A DNA stretch of 64,000 nucleotides from Nitrospinales bacterium (lineage in GTDB: Bacteria > Nitrospinota > Nitrospinia > Nitrospinales > VA-1): NCBI GenBank assembly GCA_965262115.1, contig OZ253496.1, positions 800,001 through 864,000 of the forward strand, written 5' to 3'. The first letter of the stretch is position 1. Each line of letters opens with the position of its first letter. The notes under the pieces are model-generated. The model was not told the DNA's origin, did not search any database, and saw only the letters and a program-made list of their open reading frames with translations. Below, in pieces: positions 1-10,198 of the stretch. Both the position numbers and the translations under genes were made by a program.

Positions 1-1
1 G

Positions 2-532
2 TGGGAGAGATCTTACATCCCCGAAATCATAAAAGGGATGTTGCTCACCTCCCGACGCTTCTTTCATAACTTGTTTGGTTTTGTTCCTTTTTTCCTGGGC
101 ACCACAAAGGAAAGACCGATCAGTACCGTGTATTACCCGGAAGAACAGGTCCAGTATCCCATAGCTTACCGGGGTCGGCCGGTGCTGGCCCAAAACGAGG
201 ACGGGATGCCAGCATGCGTTGCCTGCGGCCTTTGCGAAATCGCCTGCCCGGCTTATTGCATCCACATTGAACCCGCTGAGGATAGTGGGAAACAAAACCA
301 ATATGAACGATGGCCTGAGGTGTTCGACATCGATTACGCCATTTGTATTTTTTGTGGGAACTGTGAAGAGGCCTGCCCTGAAGAAGCCATCTTCATGAGT
401 GACGATTGCGAAATTTCCATGTTGGATCGAAAACAAATGCTTTACACTAAGGAACAACTTTTGGTGCCGGTTGCCGATTTACAAAAGCGCATTGAGTTCA
501 CCCGAAACATGTACGCGAAATGGAACTACTGA
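2..532 (+). CDS. nuoI: NADH-quinone oxidoreductase subunit I (probably 5'-partial; frame open to window edge)
   Basis: Two CxxCxxCxxxCP 4Fe-4S motifs (CVACGLCEIACP, CIFCGNCEEACP); first gene of the nuoI-N run. Confidence 0.95.
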   Translation, partial: WERSYIPEIIKGMLLTSRRFFHNLFGFVPFFLGTTKERPISTVYYPEEQVQYPIAYRGRPVLAQNEDGMPACVACGLCEIACPAYCIHIEPAEDSGKQNQYERWPEVFDIDYAICIFCGNCEEACPEEAIFMSDDCEISMLDRKQMLYTKEQLLVPVADLQKRIEFTRNMYAKWNY

Positions 533-1029
533 TCTTTTATCCGCTAGCCGGGTTTTGTGTGGTGCTGGCCCTCGGTGTTGTCTTGAACAACAGTCCTGTG
601 GGTTCAGCCATCTCACTGATCGGCATGATGCTTGGCCTTGCCGGCATATTTGTTTTGCAACAGGCACATTTCCTCGCCATTTTGCAGATCATCATTTATG
701 CCGGAGCCATTATGGTTCTGTTCATGTTCGTGATCATGCTCCTTAATTTGAAAGAGGGCAATGACACTGGCTGGATCGCCCGAGAACGCAATTTACTGCT
801 CTCCGTTTTGACGGGGCTTCTAGCGGTGGGAATTCTATATAAGATATCAGGCATCCTGTTTACGGCAGAAATGGATACGCCCGCAATCCTCCCGGACAGT
901 TTCGGGACGGTGGCTACTATTGGGGAAACTTTGTTTACAGATTTCGTGCTGCCTTTTGAGGTGGCATCGATTCTTTTACTGGCGGCAATGGTCGGGGCGG
1001 TGGTTCTGGCTAAAACTAAACTGGACTGA
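520..1029 (+). CDS. nuoJ: NADH-quinone oxidoreductase subunit J
   Basis: Hydrophobic protein with QIIIYAGAIMVLFMF and LPFEVASILLLAAMVGAV motifs. Confidence 0.95.
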   Translation: MELLIFYPLAGFCVVLALGVVLNNSPVGSAISLIGMMLGLAGIFVLQQAHFLAILQIIIYAGAIMVLFMFVIMLLNLKEGNDTGWIARERNLLLSVLTGLLAVGILYKISGILFTAEMDTPAILPDSFGTVATIGETLFTDFVLPFEVASILLLAAMVGAVVLAKTKLD

Positions 1030-1031
1030 TT

Positions 1032-1346
1032 ATGCTCGAAGATTCTGTTCCCTTATCGCATTACCTGATGTTGAGCGCGACTCTGTTCGTGATCGGCATC
1101 GTCGGCGTCTTAATACGTAGGAATGTCATCGTCGTGTTCATGTCCATTGAAATCATGTTGAATGCGGTAAATATTTCGTTGATCGCGTTTGACAACTACA
1201 TGAACCTTTCGAACGGACAGATTTTCAGTTTTATGGTGATATGTGTCGCAGCCGCCGAAGTTTCGGTGGGGCTGGCTATTATCATCGCTGTGCATCGGAA
1301 TAAACCGACTGTCAACCTCGACGAATTTAACCTGTTAAAGTGGTAA
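1032..1346 (+). CDS. nuoK: NADH-quinone oxidoreductase subunit K
   Basis: RRN..MSIEIMLNAVN and AAAEVSVGLAI motifs. Confidence 0.96.
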   Translation: MLEDSVPLSHYLMLSATLFVIGIVGVLIRRNVIVVFMSIEIMLNAVNISLIAFDNYMNLSNGQIFSFMVICVAAAEVSVGLAIIIAVHRNKPTVNLDEFNLLKW

Positions 1347-1353
1347 AAACAGT

Positions 1354-3321
1354 ATGCTGCTAAAATTGACCTGCTTGGTCCCTCTTTTCCCGTTGATCGG
1401 GTCCATCATCAACGGTTTTTTTGGGTTAAAAATTGGCAAAAACGCCGTTGGGCTGATTGCTTGCGGTAGCATACTTCTGTCTTTTTTGACCTCCGTCCTG
1501 ATCTTTATCGGATTCCTCATGTTGCCGGAAGGCCAACATGTGTTTGAACAGGTTGTCTGGACCTGGTTCGGAGCCGGTGATTTCAACGTTGATTTCGGTT
1601 TTCAAATCGACCCCCTCACTCTGGTCATGATGTTTGTCGTGACCGGTGTCGGTTTCATCATTCATGTCTATGCCATCGGCTACATGCATGAAGAATTCAG
1701 CTACTACCGGTTCTTTGCTTATTTCAACCTGTTTGCCTCTGCCATGTTGCTTCTGGTTATGGGCAACAACTTCCTGCTCATGTTCATCGGTTGGGAAGGC
1801 GTGGGGTTATGTTCCTATTTTCTCATTGGTTATTATTTTGAGAAAAAATCGGCGTGCGATGCCGGCACCAAAGCATTCATCGTCAACCGTGTGGGTGATT
1901 TTGCCTTTTTGTTGGCGGTCATGTACATCTTTAATGTTTTTGGCACCATCGATTTTACCGATGTCATGCACGCCGCTCCGGAAAAACTGACTTATGGTGG
2001 AGAGATAGTAACCATCATCACCATGTTGCTGTTTGTCGGCGCAACAGGTAAGTCGGCACAGATCCCACTTTACACCTGGCTCCCGGATGCTATGGAAGGT
2101 CCGACACCCGTCAGTGCCCTGATCCACGCGGCCACCATGGTTACGGCTGGGGTCTATATGGTCGTCCGCTGCAACGTGTTGTTCAACCTGTCGCCCCTGA
2201 CCATGACCGTCGTCGCGTTCATCGGCGGAGGCACTGCAATAATGGCGGCTACCATTGGCATGACACAATTTGATATCAAACGTGTTCTGGCCTATTCCAC
2301 AGTCAGTCAGATCGGCTATATGTTCCTGGCTTGTGGTGTCGGTGCTTACACCGCCGCAATTTTCCATCTCGTGACCCATGCGTTCTTTAAAGCCTGTCTC
2401 TTCCTTGGTTCCGGTAGCGTCATTCACGGTATCCATGGCGAACAGGACATGCGCAAGATGGGCGGACTCAAAAGGCATATGCCTGTCACATACTGGACAT
2501 TCCTGGTTTCAACTCTGGCGATTGCCGGAATATTCCCGTTAGCAGGGTTCTTCAGTAAAGACGAAATTCTGTATCACTCCTTAATGGATGGAAATATTAT
2601 ATTCTGGGGAATGGGGATTTCTGCCGCCCTGTTGACCGCATTTTACATGTTCCGGCTGGTGTTCATGACTTTCCACGGGGAATCCCGGGTAGATCCTGCT
2701 GTCCACCCGCATGAATCTCCAAAAGTGATGACCATGCCTCTGGTGGCTCTGGCCGGACTCGCCACCGTGGGCGGCCTGCTGGGCATCCCGCTCATTCACG
2801 GTTGGCATATTCTGCACAACTGGCTCCAGCCAGTTCTTCACTTTGATCTTGCGAACGCTCTCAAACATTCCGAGCATATGCTTCATGAGGCAGGTCGACA
2901 CGCACCCTCATGGGCACATCTGCTGGAACCGAAGGAACACAACCTCTGGATCGAATCTTCGTTGATGCTGTTTTCCCTTGTCGTCGCCATCGTCGGTATT
3001 GCCAGCGCCTACATATTCTATATCAAGCGTCCTGACCTTCCGGAAAAATTCACGAAAGGACAGTGGGGATTCGACCTGGTGCAAAACAAATATTATGTGG
3101 ACGAACTTTATGACGATTCGATCGTGCAACCCACAATTAAAGCTTCCAAATTGTTATGGAAGGAATGTGATGCCAAGGCCATTGATGGCACAGTGAACGG
3201 CGCCGCCAAGGCCATCGGCTGGTTCAGTCGCCAGGCCCAGGTGTTCCAGTCCGGTTTCGTCCGCAATTACGCCTTATTTATGGTGGTTGGATTTATTAGT
3301 CTTCTGCTGGTGATGTTTTAA
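1354..3321 (+). CDS. nuoL: NADH-quinone oxidoreductase subunit L
   Basis: GKSAQIPLYTWLPDAMEGPTPVSALIHAATMV and HAFFKA motifs. Confidence 0.97.
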   Translation: MLLKLTCLVPLFPLIGSIINGFFGLKIGKNAVGLIACGSILLSFLTSVLIFIGFLMLPEGQHVFEQVVWTWFGAGDFNVDFGFQIDPLTLVMMFVVTGVGFIIHVYAIGYMHEEFSYYRFFAYFNLFASAMLLLVMGNNFLLMFIGWEGVGLCSYFLIGYYFEKKSACDAGTKAFIVNRVGDFAFLLAVMYIFNVFGTIDFTDVMHAAPEKLTYGGEIVTIITMLLFVGATGKSAQIPLYTWLPDAMEGPTPVSALIHAATMVTAGVYMVVRCNVLFNLSPLTMTVVAFIGGGTAIMAATIGMTQFDIKRVLAYSTVSQIGYMFLACGVGAYTAAIFHLVTHAFFKACLFLGSGSVIHGIHGEQDMRKMGGLKRHMPVTYWTFLVSTLAIAGIFPLAGFFSKDEILYHSLMDGNIIFWGMGISAALLTAFYMFRLVFMTFHGESRVDPAVHPHESPKVMTMPLVALAGLATVGGLLGIPLIHGWHILHNWLQPVLHFDLANALKHSEHMLHEAGRHAPSWAHLLEPKEHNLWIESSLMLFSLVVAIVGIASAYIFYIKRPDLPEKFTKGQWGFDLVQNKYYVDELYDDSIVQPTIKASKLLWKECDAKAIDGTVNGAAKAIGWFSRQAQVFQSGFVRNYALFMVVGFISLLLVMF

Positions 3322-4923
3322 ATGTTTTTAACTTTTATTACATTTCTACCATTTCTCGGGGCAGTGTTCCTGGCCTTCATGCCAAAGGAAAATGAAAACG
3401 CGATCAAGCAGACCGCTCTCGCTATCGCGTTGACAGATTTTCTGCTCTCGTTAATGTTGTGGACGAATTTCGACAATAGCACCCATAAAATGCAGTTTGA
3501 GTTGAACGTTCCCTGGATCGAAGCGTGGGGCATCAACTTCCACGTGGGTCTGGATGGCATTTCACTTCTGCTTTATGTGATGACCACCTTTCTGACCATG
3601 ATCTGCATCATCGCTTCCTGGGATGTCAAAAAACATGTCCGCGAATACATGATGGCCATGCTGGCTCTTTCAACCGGCATGTTGGGAGTATTCATCGCCC
3701 TTGACCTTTTCATGTTTTATGTTTTCTGGGAGTTCCAACTGGTTCCCATGTACATCATTATCGGTGTATGGGGAGGCCCGCGCCGAATTTATGCATCCAT
3801 CAAGTTCTTCTTGTTCACCGCTGTGGGCTCTCTGCTCATGCTGGTAGCCATCGTCTGGATTTATTTCCATATTCAACAAACGACCGGAGTGGCCACAGCA
3901 GACATTATTTATATTACCGAACACCTCGACGTTTCTCTGGACATCCAGAAATGGCTGTGGCTGGCCTTTTTTCTGGCTTTTGCTATCAAGGTGCCGATGT
4001 TCCCGTTTCACACCTGGTTGCCAGATGCGCACGTTGAAGCGCCCACCGCAGGCTCCGTTATTCTGGCAGGTGTCTTGCTGAAAATGGGAACCTATGGCTT
4101 CCTGCGTTTCAACCTGCCCTTCTTTCCCGAGGCTTCTTACTATTTTGTCCCCATGGTGGCCTGGCTGTCGATCATCGGAATCATTTATGGGGCACTGGTG
4201 TCGATGGTGCAGGAAGACTTGAAGAAACTGGTTGCCTATTCCAGCGTCAGCCATCTCGGATTTGTGATGTTGGGAATTTTCGCGCTGAATCCTTATGGAA
4301 TTCAGGGTGCTTTAATCCAGAATATCAATCACGGCATCAGCACCGGCGCGCTCTTCCTTTTGGTCGGTATCATCTACGACCGACGTCATACAAGGTTGAT
4401 CAAAGAGTTTGGCGGGCTGGCTAAAAACATGCCAAAATACGCGGTTTGTTTCATGATCGTAGCTCTGTCTTCGATCGGGCTACCGGGTATGAACGGATTT
4501 GTCGGGGAATTACTGATACTACTGGGAGTATTTCAGGTCAACGGGCTCTGGGCAGCCTTTGCCACCTCTGGGATCATCCTCGCTGCCTGCTACATCCTCT
4601 GGATGTTCCAGCGCGTCATGTTCCTGGAGTTAAGTAATCCGAAAAATATGAATCTGAAAGACATGAATGTTCGGGAAATGATCACCATTGTTCCCTTGAT
4701 AGTATTAATTTTCTGGATCGGTTTGTATCCCAAACCTTTCATGGATACGTTTGATGCATCGGTCACGCATCTGGTCTCTAAAGTGAGCCCGGACAATTTT
4801 CGACCCGGCAATGAGCACCAGAGTGACTCCCATGGTGAACACACTCAACTCATTACTCCGAATGAAATGGCAAGTTTGAACCATAAGCTTCAAATGCCCA
4901 AAAAAGTTTTGATTAAGGAATAA
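3322..4923 (+). CDS. nuoM: NADH-quinone oxidoreductase subunit M
   Basis: KVPMFPFHTWLPDAHVEAPT and LKKLVAYSSVSH motifs. Confidence 0.97.
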   Translation: MFLTFITFLPFLGAVFLAFMPKENENAIKQTALAIALTDFLLSLMLWTNFDNSTHKMQFELNVPWIEAWGINFHVGLDGISLLLYVMTTFLTMICIIASWDVKKHVREYMMAMLALSTGMLGVFIALDLFMFYVFWEFQLVPMYIIIGVWGGPRRIYASIKFFLFTAVGSLLMLVAIVWIYFHIQQTTGVATADIIYITEHLDVSLDIQKWLWLAFFLAFAIKVPMFPFHTWLPDAHVEAPTAGSVILAGVLLKMGTYGFLRFNLPFFPEASYYFVPMVAWLSIIGIIYGALVSMVQEDLKKLVAYSSVSHLGFVMLGIFALNPYGIQGALIQNINHGISTGALFLLVGIIYDRRHTRLIKEFGGLAKNMPKYAVCFMIVALSSIGLPGMNGFVGELLILLGVFQVNGLWAAFATSGIILAACYILWMFQRVMFLELSNPKNMNLKDMNVREMITIVPLIVLIFWIGLYPKPFMDTFDASVTHLVSKVSPDNFRPGNEHQSDSHGEHTQLITPNEMASLNHKLQMPKKVLIKE

Positions 4924-4926
4924 ACT

Positions 4927-6363
4927 GTGGAACCCATTCTCGCACCTGAATCGATTGACCTGATTGCCTTGGCGCCTGTGATCGTTTTGAGCGTTTTCGC
5001 TATGATGGTACTGGTGTTAGACCTTTGGGGAGGACGAAACAAAACTCTGTTGGTGTTTATCAGCCTGGTTGGCCTTTTGATGACGGCTATCAGCGCGTTT
5101 GCCAAACATCCTCTTCCCGCCTATTCCTTCAACGACAGTTATATCGTCGACCACCTGTCGTTGTTTTTCATATGTATATTCACCCTCAGTTCCGCGCTGA
5201 CGATTCTTTTATCTGTGGAATACAACGAGCGGGAAGACATACGAGCCGGAGAGTATTACGCCCTCATCCTGTTCTGCACCGTGGGGATGATCCTTCTAGC
5301 CTCCTCCACCGACATGATCATGATTTTTCTGGGCATCGAAATTGTTTCGATCTGCCTTTATGTGCTGACGGGAATACGCCGAAACGATCATCGATCCAAC
5401 GAAGCGGCTCTTAAATATTTTCTGCTTGGAGCCTTTGCGACCGGGTTCCTGCTATACGGAATGACTCTGGTTTATGGTTCGACCGGTTCCACCAACCTGT
5501 TTAAAATCGCCGAGTTCATACAAAATCCATCGGCCCAGTCCAATCCCCTGCTGCTGATGGGACTGGTGCTTCTTATCATCGGGTTAGGTTTCAAAGTCGC
5601 CTCGGCACCCTTTCATATGTGGGCTCCTGATGTTTACCAAGGTGCTCCGACTCCTGTTACCGCTTTCATGGCAGTGGGCCCCAAGGCCGCCGCGTTTGCC
5701 GCTTTTTTCCGGGTATTTGCTGAAGCCTTCCCGGAGATGTCGCCATCCTGGGAAACGCTCCTGAGCATTATTGCCGTTCTCAGCATGTTCGTCGGTAATC
5801 TCGGCGCCATCATGCAGACCAATATCAAGCGGATGCTGGCGTTTTCCAGTATCTCGCACGCAGGTTACATCCTGATAGCGATCATCGCCAAAAGTTCTCT
5901 CGGCAGTTCAGCCCTGCTGTTTTATATGTTGTCCTATACCTTCATGACCTTTGGAGCTTTTGGCATCGTCATTATCCTGGGTCGAAAAGGTGAAGAGAAT
6001 CTGGAAATCGAGAATTATTCGGGCTTGGCCTACAAGCATCCAATTATCGCGTTGAGCATGACCATCTTCCTCCTGTCATTGGGCGGACTACCACCGTTTG
6101 CCGGGTTCGTCGCCAAGTTTTACATCTTCAGCGCCGCGATTCAGGAAGGGTTGCTCACGCTGGTTATCATCGCTGTGCTCAACAGTGCCATCTCGTTTTA
6201 CTACTACCTGAAAGTCGTGGTTTTCATGTATATGAAAGAATCGGAAGCGGAGTTTAAAATCTCCCTGACTCCCATGACCCTGTTTGTGATTCTGATCGGC
6301 GTGATCGGCACCATCAACCTCGGCATCTTCCCTAACACCATCATCGCCCTCGCCTCGCATTAG
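4927..6363 (+). CDS. nuoN: NADH-quinone oxidoreductase subunit N
   Basis: EAALKYFLLG, FKVASAPFHMWAPDVYQGAP, KRMLAFSSI motifs. Confidence 0.97.
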   Translation: MEPILAPESIDLIALAPVIVLSVFAMMVLVLDLWGGRNKTLLVFISLVGLLMTAISAFAKHPLPAYSFNDSYIVDHLSLFFICIFTLSSALTILLSVEYNEREDIRAGEYYALILFCTVGMILLASSTDMIMIFLGIEIVSICLYVLTGIRRNDHRSNEAALKYFLLGAFATGFLLYGMTLVYGSTGSTNLFKIAEFIQNPSAQSNPLLLMGLVLLIIGLGFKVASAPFHMWAPDVYQGAPTPVTAFMAVGPKAAAFAAFFRVFAEAFPEMSPSWETLLSIIAVLSMFVGNLGAIMQTNIKRMLAFSSISHAGYILIAIIAKSSLGSSALLFYMLSYTFMTFGAFGIVIILGRKGEENLEIENYSGLAYKHPIIALSMTIFLLSLGGLPPFAGFVAKFYIFSAAIQEGLLTLVIIAVLNSAISFYYYLKVVVFMYMKESEAEFKISLTPMTLFVILIGVIGTINLGIFPNTIIALASH

Positions 6364-6367
6364 CACT

Positions 6368-6406
6368 TGTGATATTTAACCTTTGCCTTCATGCCCCGAA
6401 GGGGTA
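6368..6406 (-). mobile_element. 39-nt mini-element copy, inside a partial ~97-bp element
   Basis: Reverse complement taccccttcggggcatgaaggcaaaggttaaatatcaca matches the family consensus. Confidence 0.85.
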
Positions 6407-6527
6407 ATAACTTTCATTGGCTAGCAAAGAGTTTTCTCGGCTGAATAATAAGCCCGTTTCTTCCCCTGCTAAGGGGTGTTATAATTCTTTCTCTAAACAC
6501 AAACGACTTAAAGGGCAAGCTCGCGTT

Positions 6528-6866
6528 ATGAAAATGCATCATCTGGACAAGGAACAAGTAGAAGCGGTCATGCAGAAGGTAAAGGAAGTGGTCGATTCAG
6601 GACAATACCCACCCGATACTATCGAAGCAATTTTTAAGCTTTCGGAAGTGGATGGAGAAAAGTTCCTGGAATCCAAGGCCCACTCCGTTCAGAAGGAAAA
6701 GGTGAATTTTGAAATCGATCCGGAAAAAGGAGTGCGGTTTTTTGATCCTTTCAACTTTTTCACACGCGGAATCTATAAGGATATGGACGGCCTGACCATC
6801 TGGACCACAGACAATCTTAAAGAACCTTGGGAATATGACGAGGACAAAGAAAAGCCATCTCTATAA
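6528..6866 (+). CDS. Hypothetical protein
   Basis: Protein-like ORF; ATG at 6528 chosen because the upstream extension is repeat-derived. Confidence 0.75.
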   Translation: MKMHHLDKEQVEAVMQKVKEVVDSGQYPPDTIEAIFKLSEVDGEKFLESKAHSVQKEKVNFEIDPEKGVRFFDPFNFFTRGIYKDMDGLTIWTTDNLKEPWEYDEDKEKPSL

Positions 6867-6923
6867 ATAGGGTAAGGTAAAACATAACACTTTATGCAGG
6901 CTACGTCCGCATAAAGGCAGGTA

Positions 6924-6974
6924 AAATAATTCCTCCCCTCTCATGAGAGGGTCATGAGAGGGGAGGAATTATTT
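6924..6974. repeat. Perfect 23-bp-arm inverted repeat
   Basis: aaataattcctcccctctcatga-gaggg-tcatgagaggggaggaattattt, between convergent genes. Confidence 0.9.
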
Positions 6975-7027
6975 GCATGTGTGCCAAAGGGATGGCAAAT
7001 TCCAACCAATTAAATTTCCCTCTAAAT

Positions 7028-7064
7028 AAAAAAACCCCCCCGCGCCTGCTGGCACGGGGGGTTT
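7028..7064 (-). terminator. Rho-independent terminator after tatA
   Basis: GC-rich stem (cccccc..gggggg) followed by a U-tract on the minus strand. Confidence 0.75.
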
Positions 7065-7085
7065 AATAATTCAGTACTTTTCTCT

Positions 7086-7469
7086 TTAGCTTTTCTCTTT
7101 AGCTTTTTCCTGATCTTTGCTGTAGTCGTAGGATCCTTTTCTAGGAAGTGCCGCGGTGAAAATATCGGCCTCATCCTTCATAGCTTTATCTTTGGCCTCG
7201 CCTTCTTCCTGAGCTTTCTTGCGAATCGCGGCTTCTTTTTCTTCTTCAGTCATATCTTCTTCGGCTTTGCCTTCTTCAATTTGGGCAGCCTGCTCGCCCT
7301 CTTCAACCTCAGAAGCTTCATCCTCTTCCTGCGCATCCTTCATAGAAGTTTTGAAGTTTTTAATGCTGCGCCCAAAAGCACTGCCGATTTCGGGAAGTTT
7401 TCCCGCCCCGAAAATAATCATAATGATGATCAGAATGACCATCAACTCAGGAAAACCAATTCCCATCAT
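7086..7469 (-). CDS. tatA: Twin-arginine translocase TatA/E subunit
   Basis: [30 protein letters not shown] plus acidic tail. Confidence 0.93.
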   Translation of the reverse strand: MMGIGFPELMVILIIIMIIFGAGKLPEIGSAFGRSIKNFKTSMKDAQEEDEASEVEEGEQAAQIEEGKAEEDMTEEEKEAAIRKKAQEEGEAKDKAMKDEADIFTAALPRKGSYDYSKDQEKAKEKS

Positions 7470-7612
7470 AATTCATACCCTCCCAGTATTTGATAACAGG
7501 TGTACATCCACCTATAGAAACGATAAATTAATTAGAAGAAGCTCAGTTTATCCCTTTTATATAAGCAATTACAAGGGGGAATAGCCCTGATCGAGGAAAA
7601 ACAGAAAGGTTT

Positions 7613-8278
7613 TCAGCCTGCACGAAGGGAATCGATCGCCTTTTTATAGTCTTTCGCGTTAAAAACCGCCGACCCGGCGACTAACACACCGGCTCCCGCT
7701 TTCGCGATCTCTCCGGCATTTTCGGGATTGATGCCACCATCGACTTCCAGTGCAATCGTATTTTCGTAATGGCTTATGATTTCGCTCAGGTTCTGGATTT
7801 TATCCAGCATGGATGGAATGAATTTCTGCCCACCAAACCCAGGGTTGACCAACATCAGCAAAACAATGTCGATCTCGTGCAAAATTTCCTCCAGTGAAGA
7901 AAGAGGCGTGGCCGGATTCAGCACAACCCCCGCCATCACATCCTTTTCTTTGATCAATTGAATGGTGCGATTCAAATGCGGGCAGGCTTCAACATGAACG
8001 GTGATGATATCAGAACCTGCGGATATGAAGTCGGCAATATAGTTGTCAGCATTTTCAATCATCAAATGCACATCTAACGGCAATTCGGTCACTTTTCGGA
8101 CAGCCTCCACCACCGCCGGGCCAATAGTGATATTGGGCACAAAATGACCGTCCATCACATCCACATGAATCCAGTCAGCTCCCGCCTGTTCTACTGCTTT
8201 GACTTCATCCCCCAACCGGGCAAAATCCGCGGAGAGGATGGAAGGCGCGATGATTACCCCGTCGTTCTTCTCGGCCAT
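7613..8278 (-). CDS. rpe: Ribulose-phosphate 3-epimerase
   Basis: [32 protein letters not shown] motifs. Confidence 0.96.
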   Translation of the reverse strand: MAEKNDGVIIAPSILSADFARLGDEVKAVEQAGADWIHVDVMDGHFVPNITIGPAVVEAVRKVTELPLDVHLMIENADNYIADFISAGSDIITVHVEACPHLNRTIQLIKEKDVMAGVVLNPATPLSSLEEILHEIDIVLLMLVNPGFGGQKFIPSMLDKIQNLSEIISHYENTIALEVDGGINPENAGEIAKAGAGVLVAGSAVFNAKDYKKAIDSLRAG

Positions 8279-8385
8279 TGGCTCAATCAACCCCCATTTA
8301 GAAAATAAATCGACCCGAAGCATAGCATAAGCTGATAATTCCTTCCATTTTTATAGGCCGTATCTGGCAAACCCTCTGGCACTCA

Positions 8386-10191
8386 ATGGCTTCTTTCATT
8401 ATAATAATGGGCTTTATGTCTACTATTTTTAAGCCCATGCAGACCACACTCGAAAATCTCCGTGCGAAGATCAAGCACCTCTTGATGCAGGACCACAATA
8501 TGCTATTGCTGGCGGCAGTGATCGGATTTTTGGCCGGGTTGGCATCGACCCTATTTCGCTGGCTGATCGGATTTTTCGGAGATGTTTTTTCCTCCGAGGG
8601 GCTGTCATGGATTGTAATAACCGGTTCTACGATTCCTTTCCTGTTGCCGCTCATGCCAATGATAGGCGGAATCATCACCGGTGTTATCTGCCATTTTTTT
8701 CCCGATGCAGTAAAAGAAAATGGCGTGCACCGGGTCATGCATGCGGTCACCTTGAAAGCCGGAAAGATTCGCAAACGCACCTTACTGACCTGTTCTACCA
8801 CCTCGGCTCTCACCATTGGGTCCGGCGGTTCAGCAGGGCGCGAGGGACCTACCGTGCAGATCGGATCGGCAGTGGGTTCGGCCCTAGGAAACTTGTTCCA
8901 TCTTTCTCATGAACGAGTCCAGGTCTTAGTCGGATGTGGTGCGGCGGCGGGAATCGCCGCCTCCTTCAATGCTCCTTTAGCCGGGGTTCTGTTCGCTCTG
9001 GAGATCATTCTCACGGATTTCACCATCCACACGTTCAGTCCCATCGTTGTTGCATCCGTCATTGGTACGGCGACCGGACGGGCTCTGGAGGGCAACGAAA
9101 TTACTTTCCATGTGCCGGTTCATGAACTGGTCAGCTATTCCGAAATTATTTTTTATGTATTTCTGGGGCTCCTTTGCGGAGTGGTTTCAAAATTGTTCAC
9201 TTTCGCCTATTTCAAGGCTCATGATATTTTTGAAAAAAAGATTCAACTTCCGAAACCCTTGAAACCTGCCCTCGGTGGGCTGATCGTTGGATTCATCGCC
9301 ATATTTTTTCCGGCGGTTCTGGGTAACGGCTACGAGTTCATGGAAAAGGCTCTGCACGGGGATATGTTCTGGGGACTGGCTTTCGCGCTGATTTTTTTGA
9401 AAATCATCAGCACTTCCACAACCCTGGGTTCGGGGGGACTGGGAGGAATCTTCGCACCCTCTTTGTTTGTAGGGGCTATGCTGGGCTCTGCCTATGGAAC
9501 CCTGGTGCACGCGATCAATCCCAGCTTCACGGCTTCGCCAGAGACTTATGCTCTGGTGGGAATGGGAGCCGTAGCAGGAGCAGTGATGCAGGCTCCTTTG
9601 ACCAATATTTTGATGCTGTTTGAGTTGACCAACGATTACACCATTATTTTGCCGATCATGATCACCTGCATCGTTTCGACCTATACCTTTCGCGCCTTCG
9701 ATAAAAATTCCATTTATATCCAGAAACTGCTGAAGGAAGGCATTAATATCAAACATGGTCGGGAAGTTTCCATTCTCAACTCCATCAAGGTCAATGATGT
9801 TTTGAGCAAGGATGTCACGACGGTCCCCGAAGGCATGCCGTTCAGAAAAATTATGGAAACCATTTCATATTCTAAGAACTTTTACTTTCCTGTGGTAAAT
9901 GGTCAGGGAGAGATGTCGGGCATTTTGTCGTTCCACATGGTTCGGGAAATGATTTTTGAAAAAGAACTGGGTGATCTGGTGGTCGCCAACGATTTAAAAG
10001 TCGAATCTGTGATGACCCTCACGCCGGAAAACAACCTCAACGAGGCCATGGAAATGTTCGCCAAACTCGATGTAGAACAGCTTCCCGTAGTCCGCCGGGA
10101 TGATCCCAAGCGAGTGATCGGCATGGTCAATCGAGGCGAAGTGGTCGCCGCTTACAACCGCGAAGTGCTGGTCTCCGGATTTGACCGGTAG
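8386..10191 (+). CDS. ClC-family chloride channel/antiporter with C-terminal CBS pair (start uncertain)
   Basis: GREGP, GGIFAP, FNAPLAG motifs and CBS domains. Confidence 0.93.
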   Translation: MASFIIIMGFMSTIFKPMQTTLENLRAKIKHLLMQDHNMLLLAAVIGFLAGLASTLFRWLIGFFGDVFSSEGLSWIVITGSTIPFLLPLMPMIGGIITGVICHFFPDAVKENGVHRVMHAVTLKAGKIRKRTLLTCSTTSALTIGSGGSAGREGPTVQIGSAVGSALGNLFHLSHERVQVLVGCGAAAGIAASFNAPLAGVLFALEIILTDFTIHTFSPIVVASVIGTATGRALEGNEITFHVPVHELVSYSEIIFYVFLGLLCGVVSKLFTFAYFKAHDIFEKKIQLPKPLKPALGGLIVGFIAIFFPAVLGNGYEFMEKALHGDMFWGLAFALIFLKIISTSTTLGSGGLGGIFAPSLFVGAMLGSAYGTLVHAINPSFTASPETYALVGMGAVAGAVMQAPLTNILMLFELTNDYTIILPIMITCIVSTYTFRAFDKNSIYIQKLLKEGINIKHGREVSILNSIKVNDVLSKDVTTVPEGMPFRKIMETISYSKNFYFPVVNGQGEMSGILSFHMVREMIFEKELGDLVVANDLKVESVMTLTPENNLNEAMEMFAKLDVEQLPVVRRDDPKRVIGMVNRGEVVAAYNREVLVSGFDR

Positions 10192-10198
10192 AACCCTG

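Noticed and set aside
1354..6363. Unusual 2M-type complex I
   Set aside because: Only one nuoM lies between nuoL and nuoN; His-rich loops alone are not enough.
7845..7860. rpe MLVNPG instead of the usual MSVNPG
   Set aside because: Single substitution with catalytic residues intact; not interpretable without reads.
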